Positions 36,288 to 47,300 of a stretch of 64,000 nucleotides of DNA are shown in pieces. The notes below the pieces were generated by a model. That model was given only the letters and a program-made list of their open reading frames with translations. It had not been told where the DNA came from and did no database searches. This DNA is from an uncultured virus (IMG/VR IMGVR_UViG_3300042483_000521). Taxonomy: Duplodnaviria > Heunggongvirae > Uroviricota > Caudoviricetes. How positions within the stretch are numbered: position 1 is the first letter of the stretch; the number at the start of each line of letters is the position of its first letter. The stretch lies in the IMG/VR virus record IMGVR_UViG_3300042483_000521; one strand, 5' to 3'. A program made the translations under genes and the position numbers.

Positions 36288-38879
36288 TTACATAGATTTG
36301 ATTGCTTTTACAAGAGCTCCGTTTCTTTTACCACTTTCTGATTTCTTAGCTGTTTTTGCTGCTTCTTTTTCTTCAAGTTCTTTCTGAAGAGCCAGAAGTT
36401 TATATTGTTCAGAAGTCATGTTTCCAAATGGTGTACCAGCAGATCCTGATCCTTGAGGAGCAAATTGAGCAAGAGCATTCATATTCATTGCTCTGAAGCG
36501 TGGATCAAATCTGTAATTGTAAAGATTCTCGTAAGTTTGAAGTTCTCTGTTCTCAGCCTGGTTCTGTAAGTATTTAGCAGAAATAGAATTAAGAGCAGCT
36601 TGAGCTGTAGCCTTTGTATTAGAAAGAGCTTCTTGTTGTCTTGCATATTGTTGATCAAGAATTTGTAAGTTCTGAAGATTAGCTTGATTCAAAAGATTTC
36701 TATTTTCAGCATACACTTGATTCTTCATAGCCTGATTCATTTTAAACTGCTCACCAAGTACTTGCTGATTAGCTGCATACTTCTGTGCATTCAAAGCAGC
36801 TAAAGCAGCTGGATTATATCCAATCATTCTTTGAGCAGCTCTATAATCAGCTTGATTTTGATTAATGTTTTCCTGAAGAGAAACATCAAATGGAGTGGTG
36901 AGTTGTGGCTGTATAGTTTGTGCTTGTACAGGCTCTAATTGATTTTGAGCAAGAGCAAGCATCTCTCCAGATAGTTGACGTGGGTCGAGGGCTTCTGCAT
37001 CAGTTGGTCTAACATAAGGAAGTACTTGATTAGCTATAGTCATCCAATCAAATTCTTCTTCGCTAGGTTCAGCAGCACTACTAACTGGTGCTTGTCTAAG
37101 ACCTGCTTCATCAACACTTTCAGGAACTTTAATTGGAGAAAAAAGACCTGTCTTATCTTTAATTTTATTTCTAAGATCTTCTAAAACATTAGCAGGAAGG
37201 TTAATTAACTTCTCTTGTTCTCTTTTAGGTTTTGAATCAACAGAAGTTCCTCTCCTAGCTTGTTTCACTTTACCCTGTGCTAAAGCATCAGCTTCAAAAC
37301 CATACTCCTCAGCAGTGTCATTGATGGCAGATTGTAAATCAGCTAGTTTTATTTTTTCATCAGCAATGTTCTTTAGCTTTTGGTTTGCTCCAAGCATGTT
37401 TGCTTTGTATGATTCAAACTTAAGTAGGTCGTATGGATTATTCACATCTAGGTTATCAAGTTCTGTAACAGCCTTATCAATAAGTTTATTCTGTTTCTGT
37501 TCAGTTTTAGATAGGTCAGCAACATAGTTTTTAAACTTCTTACCTGCTGCTTTAGGGGCACCAATCATCTCAGCACCAAACTTTGGAACCTTTAAGTTAC
37601 CATACACTGTAAGACTATTGTCTCCATCTGAGCCATTGCGAAGTTGTACAGCTGGTTCTCCTCTTTCCACCTCTACAGGACTATCACCATAAGTGATTCC
37701 AATGCCTGTATTACCTTTTCCATCAGACTCATCATGAGACTTACCTCTGAACATTACAGTTTCCCCTCCCTCAGGAAGATAAGGATTGTATGACATAGGT
37801 TCTGCATATCCACCCCAATGAGTTTCAAGATCACCACCCATAGCAAATTGTTCTCTTCCCGTATACATTGCACGTTCACTAGGAGGTGTATAACTTTTCA
37901 AATGCCCACCTGCACGTAATGTATCCATTGTTGGATCTGGAGCAAATAATCTAGTCAATGGTATGCCTTCAAGATGTGTAGCAACTTGTGGATTTGCAAT
38001 ACCACCCTCTCTCATATAAGAGGCATTTTGTTGTTGTAATGCTTGAGTGCCTTGATTAAAAGCCATCTTTTCAACATTGGATTGTGTTTTTTTATTAAAG
38101 GCTTCTGTCTTCTCAGCTTTTTTATCTACGAGATTTCCAAGAGTTTGACCAGCAAACTTTCCAATCATTCCTCCAACTGGACCACCAAGTAATGTACCTG
38201 CTACACTTCCAATACCACCACCCACTTTTCCAGCACCACTAACACCATATCCTTTTGGACTTCCAAATCCAGCAGTAATTTGTGCTAAAGCATCTCCACC
38301 ACCTTCTTCCGCAAATTCATAAATATCAGAAACTTGGTCCTTCTTGGCATCTTTTGCTGTTGCCATTTTCATGAAGTCAGGATTAGTCTTAAATTGTGGA
38401 AGTTTTATTCCATCGAAAGCTTCTTCTAAATCTGTGTAAATAGTATTAGGAGCAAATGTATTTGCTATCTCTCCACCATTCTTTGCAAGAGTGGTTCCTA
38501 CACCATAGATGGGAAAGAACTCTTGTCCTGTATTAATATTGTCTTCTGGACGTACATATTTTTTCTGAACTTGTTCTGGACGTGTCATAGAAGCTTGAAG
38601 AGAAACATCACTTACTCCAGCCATTTGCTTGGACCTTAGCATGTTTTGTTTCTCATCCTTCATTTGCTGAACACCACCAACAACATCACCAAGAGACTGA
38701 ACTCCAGCAGCAAAGGCATTGCTTCCAGCAAGTTTATTCATCATTGCCATTGCTCCTCCTTGTTGAAGTTTCTTTACTTGTTTTCCATACTTAGCCATGA
38801 AAGACTCCTCTGTAGGAAACTTTTTATAAAAATCCTTCTCAGACTTAACACCTGCTATCTTTAAAATTTCAGCCTTCAT
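36288..38879 (-). CDS. Cargo protein 1-like internal virion protein
   Basis: Repeated xxxGG motifs, glycine-zipper hydrophobic segment GGGIGSVAGTLLGGPVGGMIG, FRGKSHDES..GIGI..VEVERGE block and Q/N/A-rich helical C-terminus; position downstream of the muzzle. Confidence 0.6.
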   Translation of the reverse strand: MKAEILKIAGVKSEKDFYKKFPTEESFMAKYGKQVKKLQQGGAMAMMNKLAGSNAFAAGVQSLGDVVGGVQQMKDEKQNMLRSKQMAGVSDVSLQASMTRPEQVQKKYVRPEDNINTGQEFFPIYGVGTTLAKNGGEIANTFAPNTIYTDLEEAFDGIKLPQFKTNPDFMKMATAKDAKKDQVSDIYEFAEEGGGDALAQITAGFGSPKGYGVSGAGKVGGGIGSVAGTLLGGPVGGMIGKFAGQTLGNLVDKKAEKTEAFNKKTQSNVEKMAFNQGTQALQQQNASYMREGGIANPQVATHLEGIPLTRLFAPDPTMDTLRAGGHLKSYTPPSERAMYTGREQFAMGGDLETHWGGYAEPMSYNPYLPEGGETVMFRGKSHDESDGKGNTGIGITYGDSPVEVERGEPAVQLRNGSDGDNSLTVYGNLKVPKFGAEMIGAPKAAGKKFKNYVADLSKTEQKQNKLIDKAVTELDNLDVNNPYDLLKFESYKANMLGANQKLKNIADEKIKLADLQSAINDTAEEYGFEADALAQGKVKQARRGTSVDSKPKREQEKLINLPANVLEDLRNKIKDKTGLFSPIKVPESVDEAGLRQAPVSSAAEPSEEEFDWMTIANQVLPYVRPTDAEALDPRQLSGEMLALAQNQLEPVQAQTIQPQLTTPFDVSLQENINQNQADYRAAQRMIGYNPAALAALNAQKYAANQQVLGEQFKMNQAMKNQVYAENRNLLNQANLQNLQILDQQYARQQEALSNTKATAQAALNSISAKYLQNQAENRELQTYENLYNYRFDPRFRAMNMNALAQFAPQGSGSAGTPFGNMTSEQYKLLALQKELEEKEAAKTAKKSESGKRNGALVKAIKSM

Positions 38880-38880
38880 A

Positions 38881-41800
38881 TCAGTTGTATTTATCCAGCC
38901 AGTTATCCTTGTCTGGGTTATTTGTAAAGTTAAGTAATTGATTTAATTTTTTCATTGGTTGAGCATCTAATTGATTGATTCCCACCATCCCACCATTTCT
39001 TTTTTTCTGCTGAAGAGAGTTTACATAATCAACCATTGATTTGGCTTTTTCTGGAGAAATTTGCTCAAACTTTATCTCTTCATTCTTTTTAGTAGTTGAG
39101 GATTTTTTACCAATTGTTTTTGGTGTAAATGATTTAACCTTATCAATATAGTCAACATCATTATTCTTTAAGTAGTAATTTACAAATCTTGGTTCAAGTG
39201 CTTTACCTGGTGCATTATGCATCAATGTAGTTAAGTCAATAATCTGCTCTTCAGAAAGATCTGGATACTTGGCTTTTAATTTATGGTAGTTATCAACAGC
39301 TAGTGCCAAAGAAGACTTCACCTGACCTTCAAAAGAATCTAAATCATAGTTATAAAAATTACCTCTTTCAGATAAATCTTTTTGTTGAAATTCGCCAATG
39401 CTTCTAGGTGTTCTGTATGGATTATAATCAGAATCTTCAGACTTAAAGCTTTTCACAAAGTCTTCGTAGGAGCTAAATTCTTTTTGAACATTTTCAGCAT
39501 TTTTTTCCCAATAGTCTTTTTTCCAATTGTCGCTAGTTCCAAAATTATAATTATATATTTCTCTTGATCTTCTTGCAATAGGTAGTAAGCTATCTGGAAT
39601 TAAGTCTTTAGAATTATTTGCAAGTTCACCAAACTTTGTTTCTTGGCCAGCAATACCTATTTGATTTAATATCAATTTATTAAATGAATCTACAGGCATA
39701 TTTGAACCTTTCCCAAGATCCTTATATACGGTTGAATAAACATCTGCATACCTCTGTAAGTTTTTATCTATACCTAATTGATCAGTCATTTTAAGATTAT
39801 CAACTTGGTTATTGTAAAAACTTAAGTTTGAAGAATCGTATTTTGAATATTGACCAGCATAAGGATTGCTACCCTTTAATACATTCACCTTTTCCTGGTT
39901 TTCTTTTTTTATAGCTGTTACTTTATCTGGATCATATCTATATGTAATTCCACCATCATAAGTTTTATAACCCTTTTTATATCTATCCATCAATTCAGAT
40001 TCAGATATATCTTCAAGTGTTACTTTGTCATTTCCTGAGTTGTTGGCAATCTTAAAATATTTTTGCCCATCTTTTTCAAACTCATTAACAATTAATACTG
40101 CATGATTTGGATAAAGGTCATTCTCATTTTTAAAATTAACTTCTCCAGGAAATCTAGATCCCATGCTACCCTTCTTTCTAGAGTATTGAAATATATCACC
40201 TGTTCCAAAACCTTCTTTCTCAGGATTAGATCTGTAATATCCTTCATCCATTGCATTGTCTGCAAAAGTTGCATTTCCAGTATATGTATCTTTAGTCTGG
40301 GCTTTGTCAAACTTTACTCCTGAAATATTTGAAATTATACTACAAACTCCGTTTATACAATTCATACCTCCTTCAGAGGTATCGATATTATTGTCTTTGT
40401 AATATGGAGTGGTGTAATTCATTGATTTCAAAACATTATCATAAGTTTTGAATTTTGATAAATATTGTTCTCTAGGTATTTCATTAGCACCTCCTTGTGC
40501 AACAGGAAACTCTGTAACCTTCTTACCCTTGAATTTATAATTCTTTCCTGGCTTCATTAGCTTAGTATCACCAGTGTCAGAAACACCAAGAAGGGGTTCG
40601 TATACACCTTCCATTGTTATGTCATTAGAATCTATTTCTACAGGCTTTCCCCAGTTGTCTGGATTCCAATATCCTTGATTGTCTTTAGTTATACCACCAT
40701 CGCGCATACTCTTTGGTTTCCAATCCAATCCATTCTGATAGAATTTCATTTCTTGACCATTCTGTGCAGAAGGGATGTCGCCACCAAACTCCTTCTCATC
40801 ATAAAGAGATGTTACATCTTTATATTTAGGATTGCTAGAAGCATTCTTGTAATTCTTATTGAATGATGGATCTTCTTGGAGAAGAATTTTATTTACATAG
40901 TCACTAGTTTCTTTTGGAAGGTTGTTTAACCAATCATAAGAACCATAGATGTCTACGCCTTTATTCTTTTGCTCATCAAGATAATTAGATAGATTACCTC
41001 TACCCCAGTTATAGGCAGCTAATGTTTTTGCAATTCTTACACTGTCAGATTGATCAGGCTTATTGATAAAATTAGCATTATACAAATCATCCATTGCAAA
41101 CTTCTGAAGCTCTACAGCATCTTCTGGATTCAATGGATTAAGTTTCTTACCACTTTTCTTATTAGAATAATCTTTTAAAATACTATCTCCAATCTGTGTA
41201 AGCCCCTTATATCCTGCTGGAGAAACAGCAGCAGGGTTGAATGTAGATTCTTTATATGCTTGTCTTTTTAGAAGTTCATTTGTCAGTCCTTTTGTTGGAG
41301 CTTTCTTTTCTATTGCAATAGATTTAGAAGCTTCTTCATCTGGCATTATATATGATAAGATTTTACCCATCATTAATAATGGAGAAGTTATTCCACTTTG
41401 TGCAGAAGGTATTTCTCCACCATATTCTTTTTTAACAGGACCTATAGCACCTGCATCATAAGCTGTTTCTGCACCTAGTGTTCCAAGTAATGCACGATTA
41501 CCTAAAAGTTGCTTTGCAGTCATACGACCATAAAGTTTATCAACAGGAAGGTAAGAAGAACGATTACCAAAAGCATACTTAGCAGAACGATTATAGCCAC
41601 CCAAAATATTTGGATTCTTTATTACAAAAGGTAAACCTGCACTAGCTGCATTAATGAGGGCAGATTGATAATCCTTGTTATAAGCAGCCATAGCTGCTTG
41701 TGTAAGATCTACGATAGATCCAGCTATGTTTCCTACTTTACCAATAGTCTGTGTTTGTGGAAGAGGGATAAAGTTTCCCATTTGCATTACATCAGTGACT

Positions 41801-43008
41801 ACATCAGCATACCCAAGTCCTTGTCGCATCAATTCTTCGCCACGTCCAGGAGCTTGTTTTAGTTGAGGTTGATTCTGTAAGTATTTACGATAATGATATT
41901 CTGGATTTTGTTTAAGTTCTAATCCTGCAATTTTACTAGCAATATTAGTATCTATATTTGTTTCATCTTTCTCAATGTTCTTACCTATCTGTGCAGAAGC
42001 CATTGTCTTCTTTGCATACTTTCCTTTACTAGGAGCAGAACCAGCTGTACGTGCGTATGTGAATCCTACAGAGCCAGGAATAGACATACCACCCATTGCC
42101 ATTGGTAATTGTTCGTCACCATCTGCTTTAGCAATAGTATTCATCAATTTGACAAAGTTCTCCTTGCCCATTCTATCAGTGAATCTTTTGAAAACTCTTT
42201 CTTTCCCAAAACTTTGTTTTGCTTTTTCAAAATCTGATTCTGTAAACTTCTTTCCTTTTGTAATATCATAGATGCCTTTATCATACATCATGAATCGAAG
42301 AGCATCTAAATCAGCTTTTGCTTCCCATGGTTTTCCCAAGTGTTCAAAATCTCCAACAGCTTCTTTACTAGCTTCTCTTTCTTTAGATCCTTGTACACCA
42401 GATACTATAGGTTTTTTTAAAGGAAGCATAGATCCCATAAAAATTCCAAACTCGTCATTAGACATTGTACTTGTAGGAGTGGCAACATGTGCAATTTCAT
42501 GTGCTTCAACAGATTGTTTAGAAAAGGTTTTATAATCTGAAGGATTTACATTTATAGTTGACCCATCGTAATAATCAATTATAGCTTCAGATCTTTTAGA
42601 TGGATCATATTCTAAAGGTTGAATATTTTCTAAAAGTCCTAGTCTTTCTTTTTTGACCTGTTCTATTTGTGAAAGTTCATCAACCCTCTGTTTATTAGGA
42701 ATATCTGAGTATCCTGTAGCTTTTAATCTTCGTTCATATTCAGGATTTTGAATCCAAGACTTATAAAACTCTGCTGGATCTTTTGTTTGTAAATAAGGAA
42801 CAGTGGGAGTTGGCTGAACAACTTGTTCAACTTGTTGCATTGGAGAAACTGGAACAAGATTACCACCTCTTTGAAACTGTCCTCCCCATGCAGGAGAATA
42901 GTTTCTTCCTTTGGTGTTATACCCCATTCCAACAAAACCTTCAGGAAGGCTAACATCTGAATTATTAGCGTTTGCTGCTTTACCAAAGTTGTCTAACCAT
43001 CCTTTCAT
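38881..43008 (-). CDS. Modular virion protein with zincin, lytic transglycosylase (SLT-like), CHAP/NlpC-like and second lysozyme-like domains
   Basis: HEIAH (~42495); KESTFNPAAVSPAGYKGLTQI...LAAYNWGRGN...ETSDYV (~40890-41260); NCINGVC...GDIFQY...NHAVLIV (~40090-40365); GIAGQETKFG...SIGEFQ (~39385-39660). Confidence 0.7.
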   Translation of the reverse strand: MKGWLDNFGKAANANNSDVSLPEGFVGMGYNTKGRNYSPAWGGQFQRGGNLVPVSPMQQVEQVVQPTPTVPYLQTKDPAEFYKSWIQNPEYERRLKATGYSDIPNKQRVDELSQIEQVKKERLGLLENIQPLEYDPSKRSEAIIDYYDGSTINVNPSDYKTFSKQSVEAHEIAHVATPTSTMSNDEFGIFMGSMLPLKKPIVSGVQGSKEREASKEAVGDFEHLGKPWEAKADLDALRFMMYDKGIYDITKGKKFTESDFEKAKQSFGKERVFKRFTDRMGKENFVKLMNTIAKADGDEQLPMAMGGMSIPGSVGFTYARTAGSAPSKGKYAKKTMASAQIGKNIEKDETNIDTNIASKIAGLELKQNPEYHYRKYLQNQPQLKQAPGRGEELMRQGLGYADVVTDVMQMGNFIPLPQTQTIGKVGNIAGSIVDLTQAAMAAYNKDYQSALINAASAGLPFVIKNPNILGGYNRSAKYAFGNRSSYLPVDKLYGRMTAKQLLGNRALLGTLGAETAYDAGAIGPVKKEYGGEIPSAQSGITSPLLMMGKILSYIMPDEEASKSIAIEKKAPTKGLTNELLKRQAYKESTFNPAAVSPAGYKGLTQIGDSILKDYSNKKSGKKLNPLNPEDAVELQKFAMDDLYNANFINKPDQSDSVRIAKTLAAYNWGRGNLSNYLDEQKNKGVDIYGSYDWLNNLPKETSDYVNKILLQEDPSFNKNYKNASSNPKYKDVTSLYDEKEFGGDIPSAQNGQEMKFYQNGLDWKPKSMRDGGITKDNQGYWNPDNWGKPVEIDSNDITMEGVYEPLLGVSDTGDTKLMKPGKNYKFKGKKVTEFPVAQGGANEIPREQYLSKFKTYDNVLKSMNYTTPYYKDNNIDTSEGGMNCINGVCSIISNISGVKFDKAQTKDTYTGNATFADNAMDEGYYRSNPEKEGFGTGDIFQYSRKKGSMGSRFPGEVNFKNENDLYPNHAVLIVNEFEKDGQKYFKIANNSGNDKVTLEDISESELMDRYKKGYKTYDGGITYRYDPDKVTAIKKENQEKVNVLKGSNPYAGQYSKYDSSNLSFYNNQVDNLKMTDQLGIDKNLQRYADVYSTVYKDLGKGSNMPVDSFNKLILNQIGIAGQETKFGELANNSKDLIPDSLLPIARRSREIYNYNFGTSDNWKKDYWEKNAENVQKEFSSYEDFVKSFKSEDSDYNPYRTPRSIGEFQQKDLSERGNFYNYDLDSFEGQVKSSLALAVDNYHKLKAKYPDLSEEQIIDLTTLMHNAPGKALEPRFVNYYLKNNDVDYIDKVKSFTPKTIGKKSSTTKKNEEIKFEQISPEKAKSMVDYVNSLQQKKRNGGMVGINQLDAQPMKKLNQLLNFTNNPDKDNWLDKYN

Positions 43009-43009
43009 A

Positions 43010-43876
43010 TTACTTGTAACTTATTTGTGCTGGAGCTATAATGAATTGTGAAACTAAATGAGCGTCTGATTTATTATCAAGAATATGTCTGATTTTCAAT
43101 TCTTTAGCTCTCAGAGGTTCTTTCTTAAATGATCTTGGTCCATAGTCCATATTGATTTGATTCACTTCTTTATCAAGAGAAAGTGATTGACATGTTCTGA
43201 CAAAGAGTGGTATACTCTTGTCTTTCACTACAGACCAAAATGTATTATACTGATAGAAGTTATCACTCTTGGTAAATGTAATAGTCTTGCTTTCAGAATT
43301 TAATATAGGATATTGTAAGTAGGATTTCAAATTATTGATTGGCTTTGGTACCAATTCTAATACACCTGTGCTCTGTTGTCCATTGTAGAGAACAGCTTTG
43401 TTAAACCATATATTGTCAAGTTCTATTCTTGATACATCATTTGACACACCATAAGGATCACTAAAGTATCTATACACCTTAGTGTAATCCTTTACGTTCT
43501 GAAGAATCTCATCTTGGTATTGATATGCAAAAGGATATTCAATAATGTATGGTTCTATGTTTCCATAGAATGTATTATAGATGGTATGGTTATTAAGATG
43601 TCTCCATACACAAGCTGTTTGAATAGTTTCTAAAGGAGTGTTTTGATATTGATCTTCTGTAATAGTAGTGACAGGGAATGATTTTTGGTAGGCACACTTC
43701 CCTTCAGATGTGATTGTAATCAAATCAACACTATCATCTACAATGAAACTAATGCCTGTAGTCACTTGTGATAGTGTTACACCAGAGGCAATAACATTCC
43801 CATACGCATCTGTGATGGTGAAAGGCCCTGAGTTAGGGCCTGTCTTTGTTAGTTTTATAGTGATAGTCTTTGACAT
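43010..43876 (-). CDS. Probable C-terminal part of the muzzle/tail-stabilisation protein with an added N-terminal beta domain
   Basis: Likely start MSKTITIKLT at 43876. Block VWRH..YNTFYG..PYIIEYP...KAVLYNGQQSTGVLEL...LRAKELKIRHILDN resembles muzzle C-termini as I recall them; not verified by alignment. Confidence 0.55.
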   Translation of the reverse strand: MSKTITIKLTKTGPNSGPFTITDAYGNVIASGVTLSQVTTGISFIVDDSVDLITITSEGKCAYQKSFPVTTITEDQYQNTPLETIQTACVWRHLNNHTIYNTFYGNIEPYIIEYPFAYQYQDEILQNVKDYTKVYRYFSDPYGVSNDVSRIELDNIWFNKAVLYNGQQSTGVLELVPKPINNLKSYLQYPILNSESKTITFTKSDNFYQYNTFWSVVKDKSIPLFVRTCQSLSLDKEVNQINMDYGPRSFKKEPLRAKELKIRHILDNKSDAHLVSQFIIAPAQISYK

Positions 43877-43877
43877 G

Positions 43878-44333
43878 TTATGGGCATCCAATATTTAATG
43901 TTTGTTGAATCGAAGCGTCATACGTACCTGGAGCAATACAACTTGTTATACTAGCTCCTGTGTATGTATAATACTTAACTGGTGAACCAGGAAGAATATA
44001 TTGTTGACCTGCACCAAGAGTTGGCTGAATCAATGTAAATGCGCTATCCGCTGGATCACATCCTGCAAGTTGATAATATGTAGGACATGTAGTTGTTGTC
44101 GTGGTTGTTGGAGGATATGTAAGAGTTATGTCTATATAATTACTACATAAACCAGTTGACTTAACACGTACAATTGTAGTTCCAACAGGAGCAAGACTTG
44201 TTGAATATCCAGACACAAGAGCTGATTTAGAGACACCTGATACAAATGCTACTGTGTAACCATCTACATCAGAGAAGAGGTTAAATGGACCTGTATCTGT
44301 CCCAGCTGTGGTTAATGTTATTGTTATAGTCAT
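43878..44333 (-). CDS. Small structural/decoration protein with poly-Thr linker
   Basis: N-terminal TITLTTAGTDTGPFNLFSDVDGY domain (paralogous to 52279-52929), PPTTTTTTTC linker and Cys-containing C-terminal domain. Confidence 0.65.
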   Translation of the reverse strand: MTITITLTTAGTDTGPFNLFSDVDGYTVAFVSGVSKSALVSGYSTSLAPVGTTIVRVKSTGLCSNYIDITLTYPPTTTTTTTCPTYYQLAGCDPADSAFTLIQPTLGAGQQYILPGSPVKYYTYTGASITSCIAPGTYDASIQQTLNIGCP

Positions 44334-44369
44334 ATTTAAAATTTTAACAATATTCTTATTTATTTTATT

Positions 44370-47300
44370 TTAAGATGGTCCTACACAACACTCACTAATG
44401 CTTCCTGTTACAGGTATTACATCTGCGTAGTCAAATGTTGGACTTGCGACTTCACCACATGCAGGTAGTGGTGCGCACTGGATATCACTTGAAGCAATCA
44501 ATATATTACCAGTAGCTCCTGAAGGTATAAATGTACTTTGTGTTGAACTATCGCTATAATGTGCGGTTACATTTATATCAAATGGAGCTGGTATTTGAGT
44601 TCCACCGCAACCATCAAAGAATTCTATGCCCCAATTTGTTGTACTTTGGAAATAACCAGGACAATCAAAGCATTCACCACCAGGATCTTGTGTACCTGTT
44701 ATTGTATAACAATATGGACTACTCGTTGTCGTAGTTGTAGTTGTGGTTGGGATTTCAGTAGTAGTTGTAGTAGTTGTGGTTGGCTCTAATGTTGTAGTAG
44801 TAGTTGTAGTTGTTGGTTCAATAGTAGTAGTTGTTGTAGTGGTTGTAGGTGGAGGCGGGCTGCAATCACATTGTGGATCAAGACAACCAAAACCTTGAGA
44901 CAAGAACCCACAATCATCACTTATTACTTCACTCACACATGCTGTAAAACATAGTCCCACATCTTCTGATGGAATGTTTAGAGTAATTGTTACACCATTC
45001 TCATCTTTATACACAAACGTACATCCACCAAATGGTGCAGATTCTAATATATTACACTCAGCAGTAAGAGGTGTAGGTGTAGTGGTAGTAGTTGTTGTTG
45101 GAGAGGCAGTTGTAGTTGTAGTGGTAGTAGAACTTGTACTGGTAGTAGTTGTTGTTGTTGGCTCTCCTGTTGTAGTTGTTGTAGTGGTAGTTGGTGTAGC
45201 TGTGGTAGTTGTAGTGGTAGTTGTAGAACTTGTCGTACTAGTAGTTGTACTTGTGGTTGTACTAGTTGTAGACGTGGAGGTTGTAGAAGTTGTTGTTGAT
45301 GTTGTAGGAGGTCCTATATAACCATCACCTGCTAAATTACAATCTAAAGACACAATCACTCCAATACCTGCTAGAGAACAGTCTATCTGTTGAACTGTAG
45401 CTGTTATGTTACACTGCAAAGGAGCAACAGTAGTTGATGTCGTAGTGGTTGTTGATGTTGAAGTTGATGTCGTAGTTGTGGTAGTTGGATTTGGAACCAG
45501 TGTTCCCACTAGAAAATCAAAATCTTCACAGCAATTGTTTTGTCCAGAATAGAAGAAATTGTTCTCTGCAATGTAGAAGTTTGGAAGATAACTGTGGAAG
45601 CTTATCCAACTCTTTGTATTCATGTTGAAAGACAATGTCCACGACACATTACAGAAGTATTGTTCATCACTAACACTAACATTTTGTCTTATGGTTAGAC
45701 CATTGACAATGTTATTAATGTAAAACTCTTGTTCAACTGAATCATACAAAATGTTATTTGACTTTGGTGCATAATCAAGTTTTGTAATAATCACTCTATC
45801 GTATACAGCATCATACACACCATGCAATCCTATTCCCTTGAAGTGATTATCAATATTCACATCTGGGAAACTTCTATAGATTATGAATGGTAGATGCTCA
45901 ACAAAGAATCTGTTCATTCCTGATCCAAATGCAGACAAGTCAGTCACTTGTGTTCCTTGTACCAAGAACACTTGTCCTCTTTTTGCATCCACTGTAATTT
46001 GACCTTGAGGAATCTTCAAAAGCATTTTGTGTTGACTTCCTACATATCCAAGATCAGTTTCAGCAAAGTCAATTGGAGGAGCACCTCTAAATAACAATGG
46101 GTTACCTACATAAGCAGCTTGAGGGTTACTTGTATCAATAGTCAATAGATTATTGTACAACAATGTCTTGTTCTCAAATCTCGCTAGGATAGCTCTATTC
46201 TGTATACCATCTAAGCTTACAAGATTTCCATAGTTCTGTGGAAAATCAAAATAAGAAATAGCTCTATAAATAAGCCAGTTGTTCACTCTATTGTCAGCAT
46301 CAATATTCTGAGCATCAGAATAGATTGTTCTGAATGGATAGTTTGTAAAACAAAGTCTTGATTCCCAATCAGGAGGTAAATGGGTGAATGTATTCTCTTT
46401 GTTTTGCTTAGAGAATGTGGTATTATAGTAATAGGTGTTGTCTTGGGCAATAGGCACAAAACTTTCCTGAACCCAATCATCTGGAATGTCTGTACTAACA
46501 TGTGGCCAGAAGTCTCCTTCTCTATTGTTGAACGCTTGTCTTAAATCAAGATTGTAAGAACTTTCACAATAGAAGTTTGGAATACCATAGGCAAACAAAT
46601 AGAAGTAACCATCATAATATGTAATGGTTGAACTTGGTGTCACTTCCCCAGAACCACCTGGAGGGAAGGTTGTGGTAGTGGTAGTAGATGTAGATACGAT
46701 CACATCTGTTCCCACCTCATTAGGACAATCGAAGTTGTGTGCTTTGTAAGAAATGATATTTGCCATCACTCCTTGGCTAGGAATGCTGTAGTTCTCGAGA
46801 ATTGATCTCGCAGAATGCCAGTATCTAGGATAGGCAACGTTACCTATTTCATCATAGAAGATATCACTATCATCTGGAGCATTCACTCTATTGTCAATAA
46901 AGAATGGAAGCTTCGTCTTGAATGCAAATCTGCTAATGAATGTATCACCACCAAATACAGTGGTAGATGGATTAGGTGAGTTAATTATGTATTGATAACC
47001 TGTATCAATTGTTTCGTATGAATAGATTTGCCCCCACTGATTAATAATTAAGTCTTTCAGTGATGCATAATATGAAACAACTTGTATAGGTTCTTCTTTA
47101 GCTGGTGTTGAGCAGTTTCCTATTTCTGAAATAGTGAATCTTGATCTATCTGAAACAATACTTGTTGTTCCAGAAAGCATGTTTGGACTCTGGTTAGGAT
47201 AGGGGAGAGCTGTAGTGTCTTCGTTTGTTTTTACAAAGACAGAGCTTTCTCTGTTCCAGTTATTGATTGGAAGATCATCACCAAGAGCTTGTACACCTGG

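Noticed and set aside
44974..45321. Plus-strand poly-Val ORFs (also 55723-55914)
   Set aside because: They are antisense shadows of poly-Thr codons on the coding strand.
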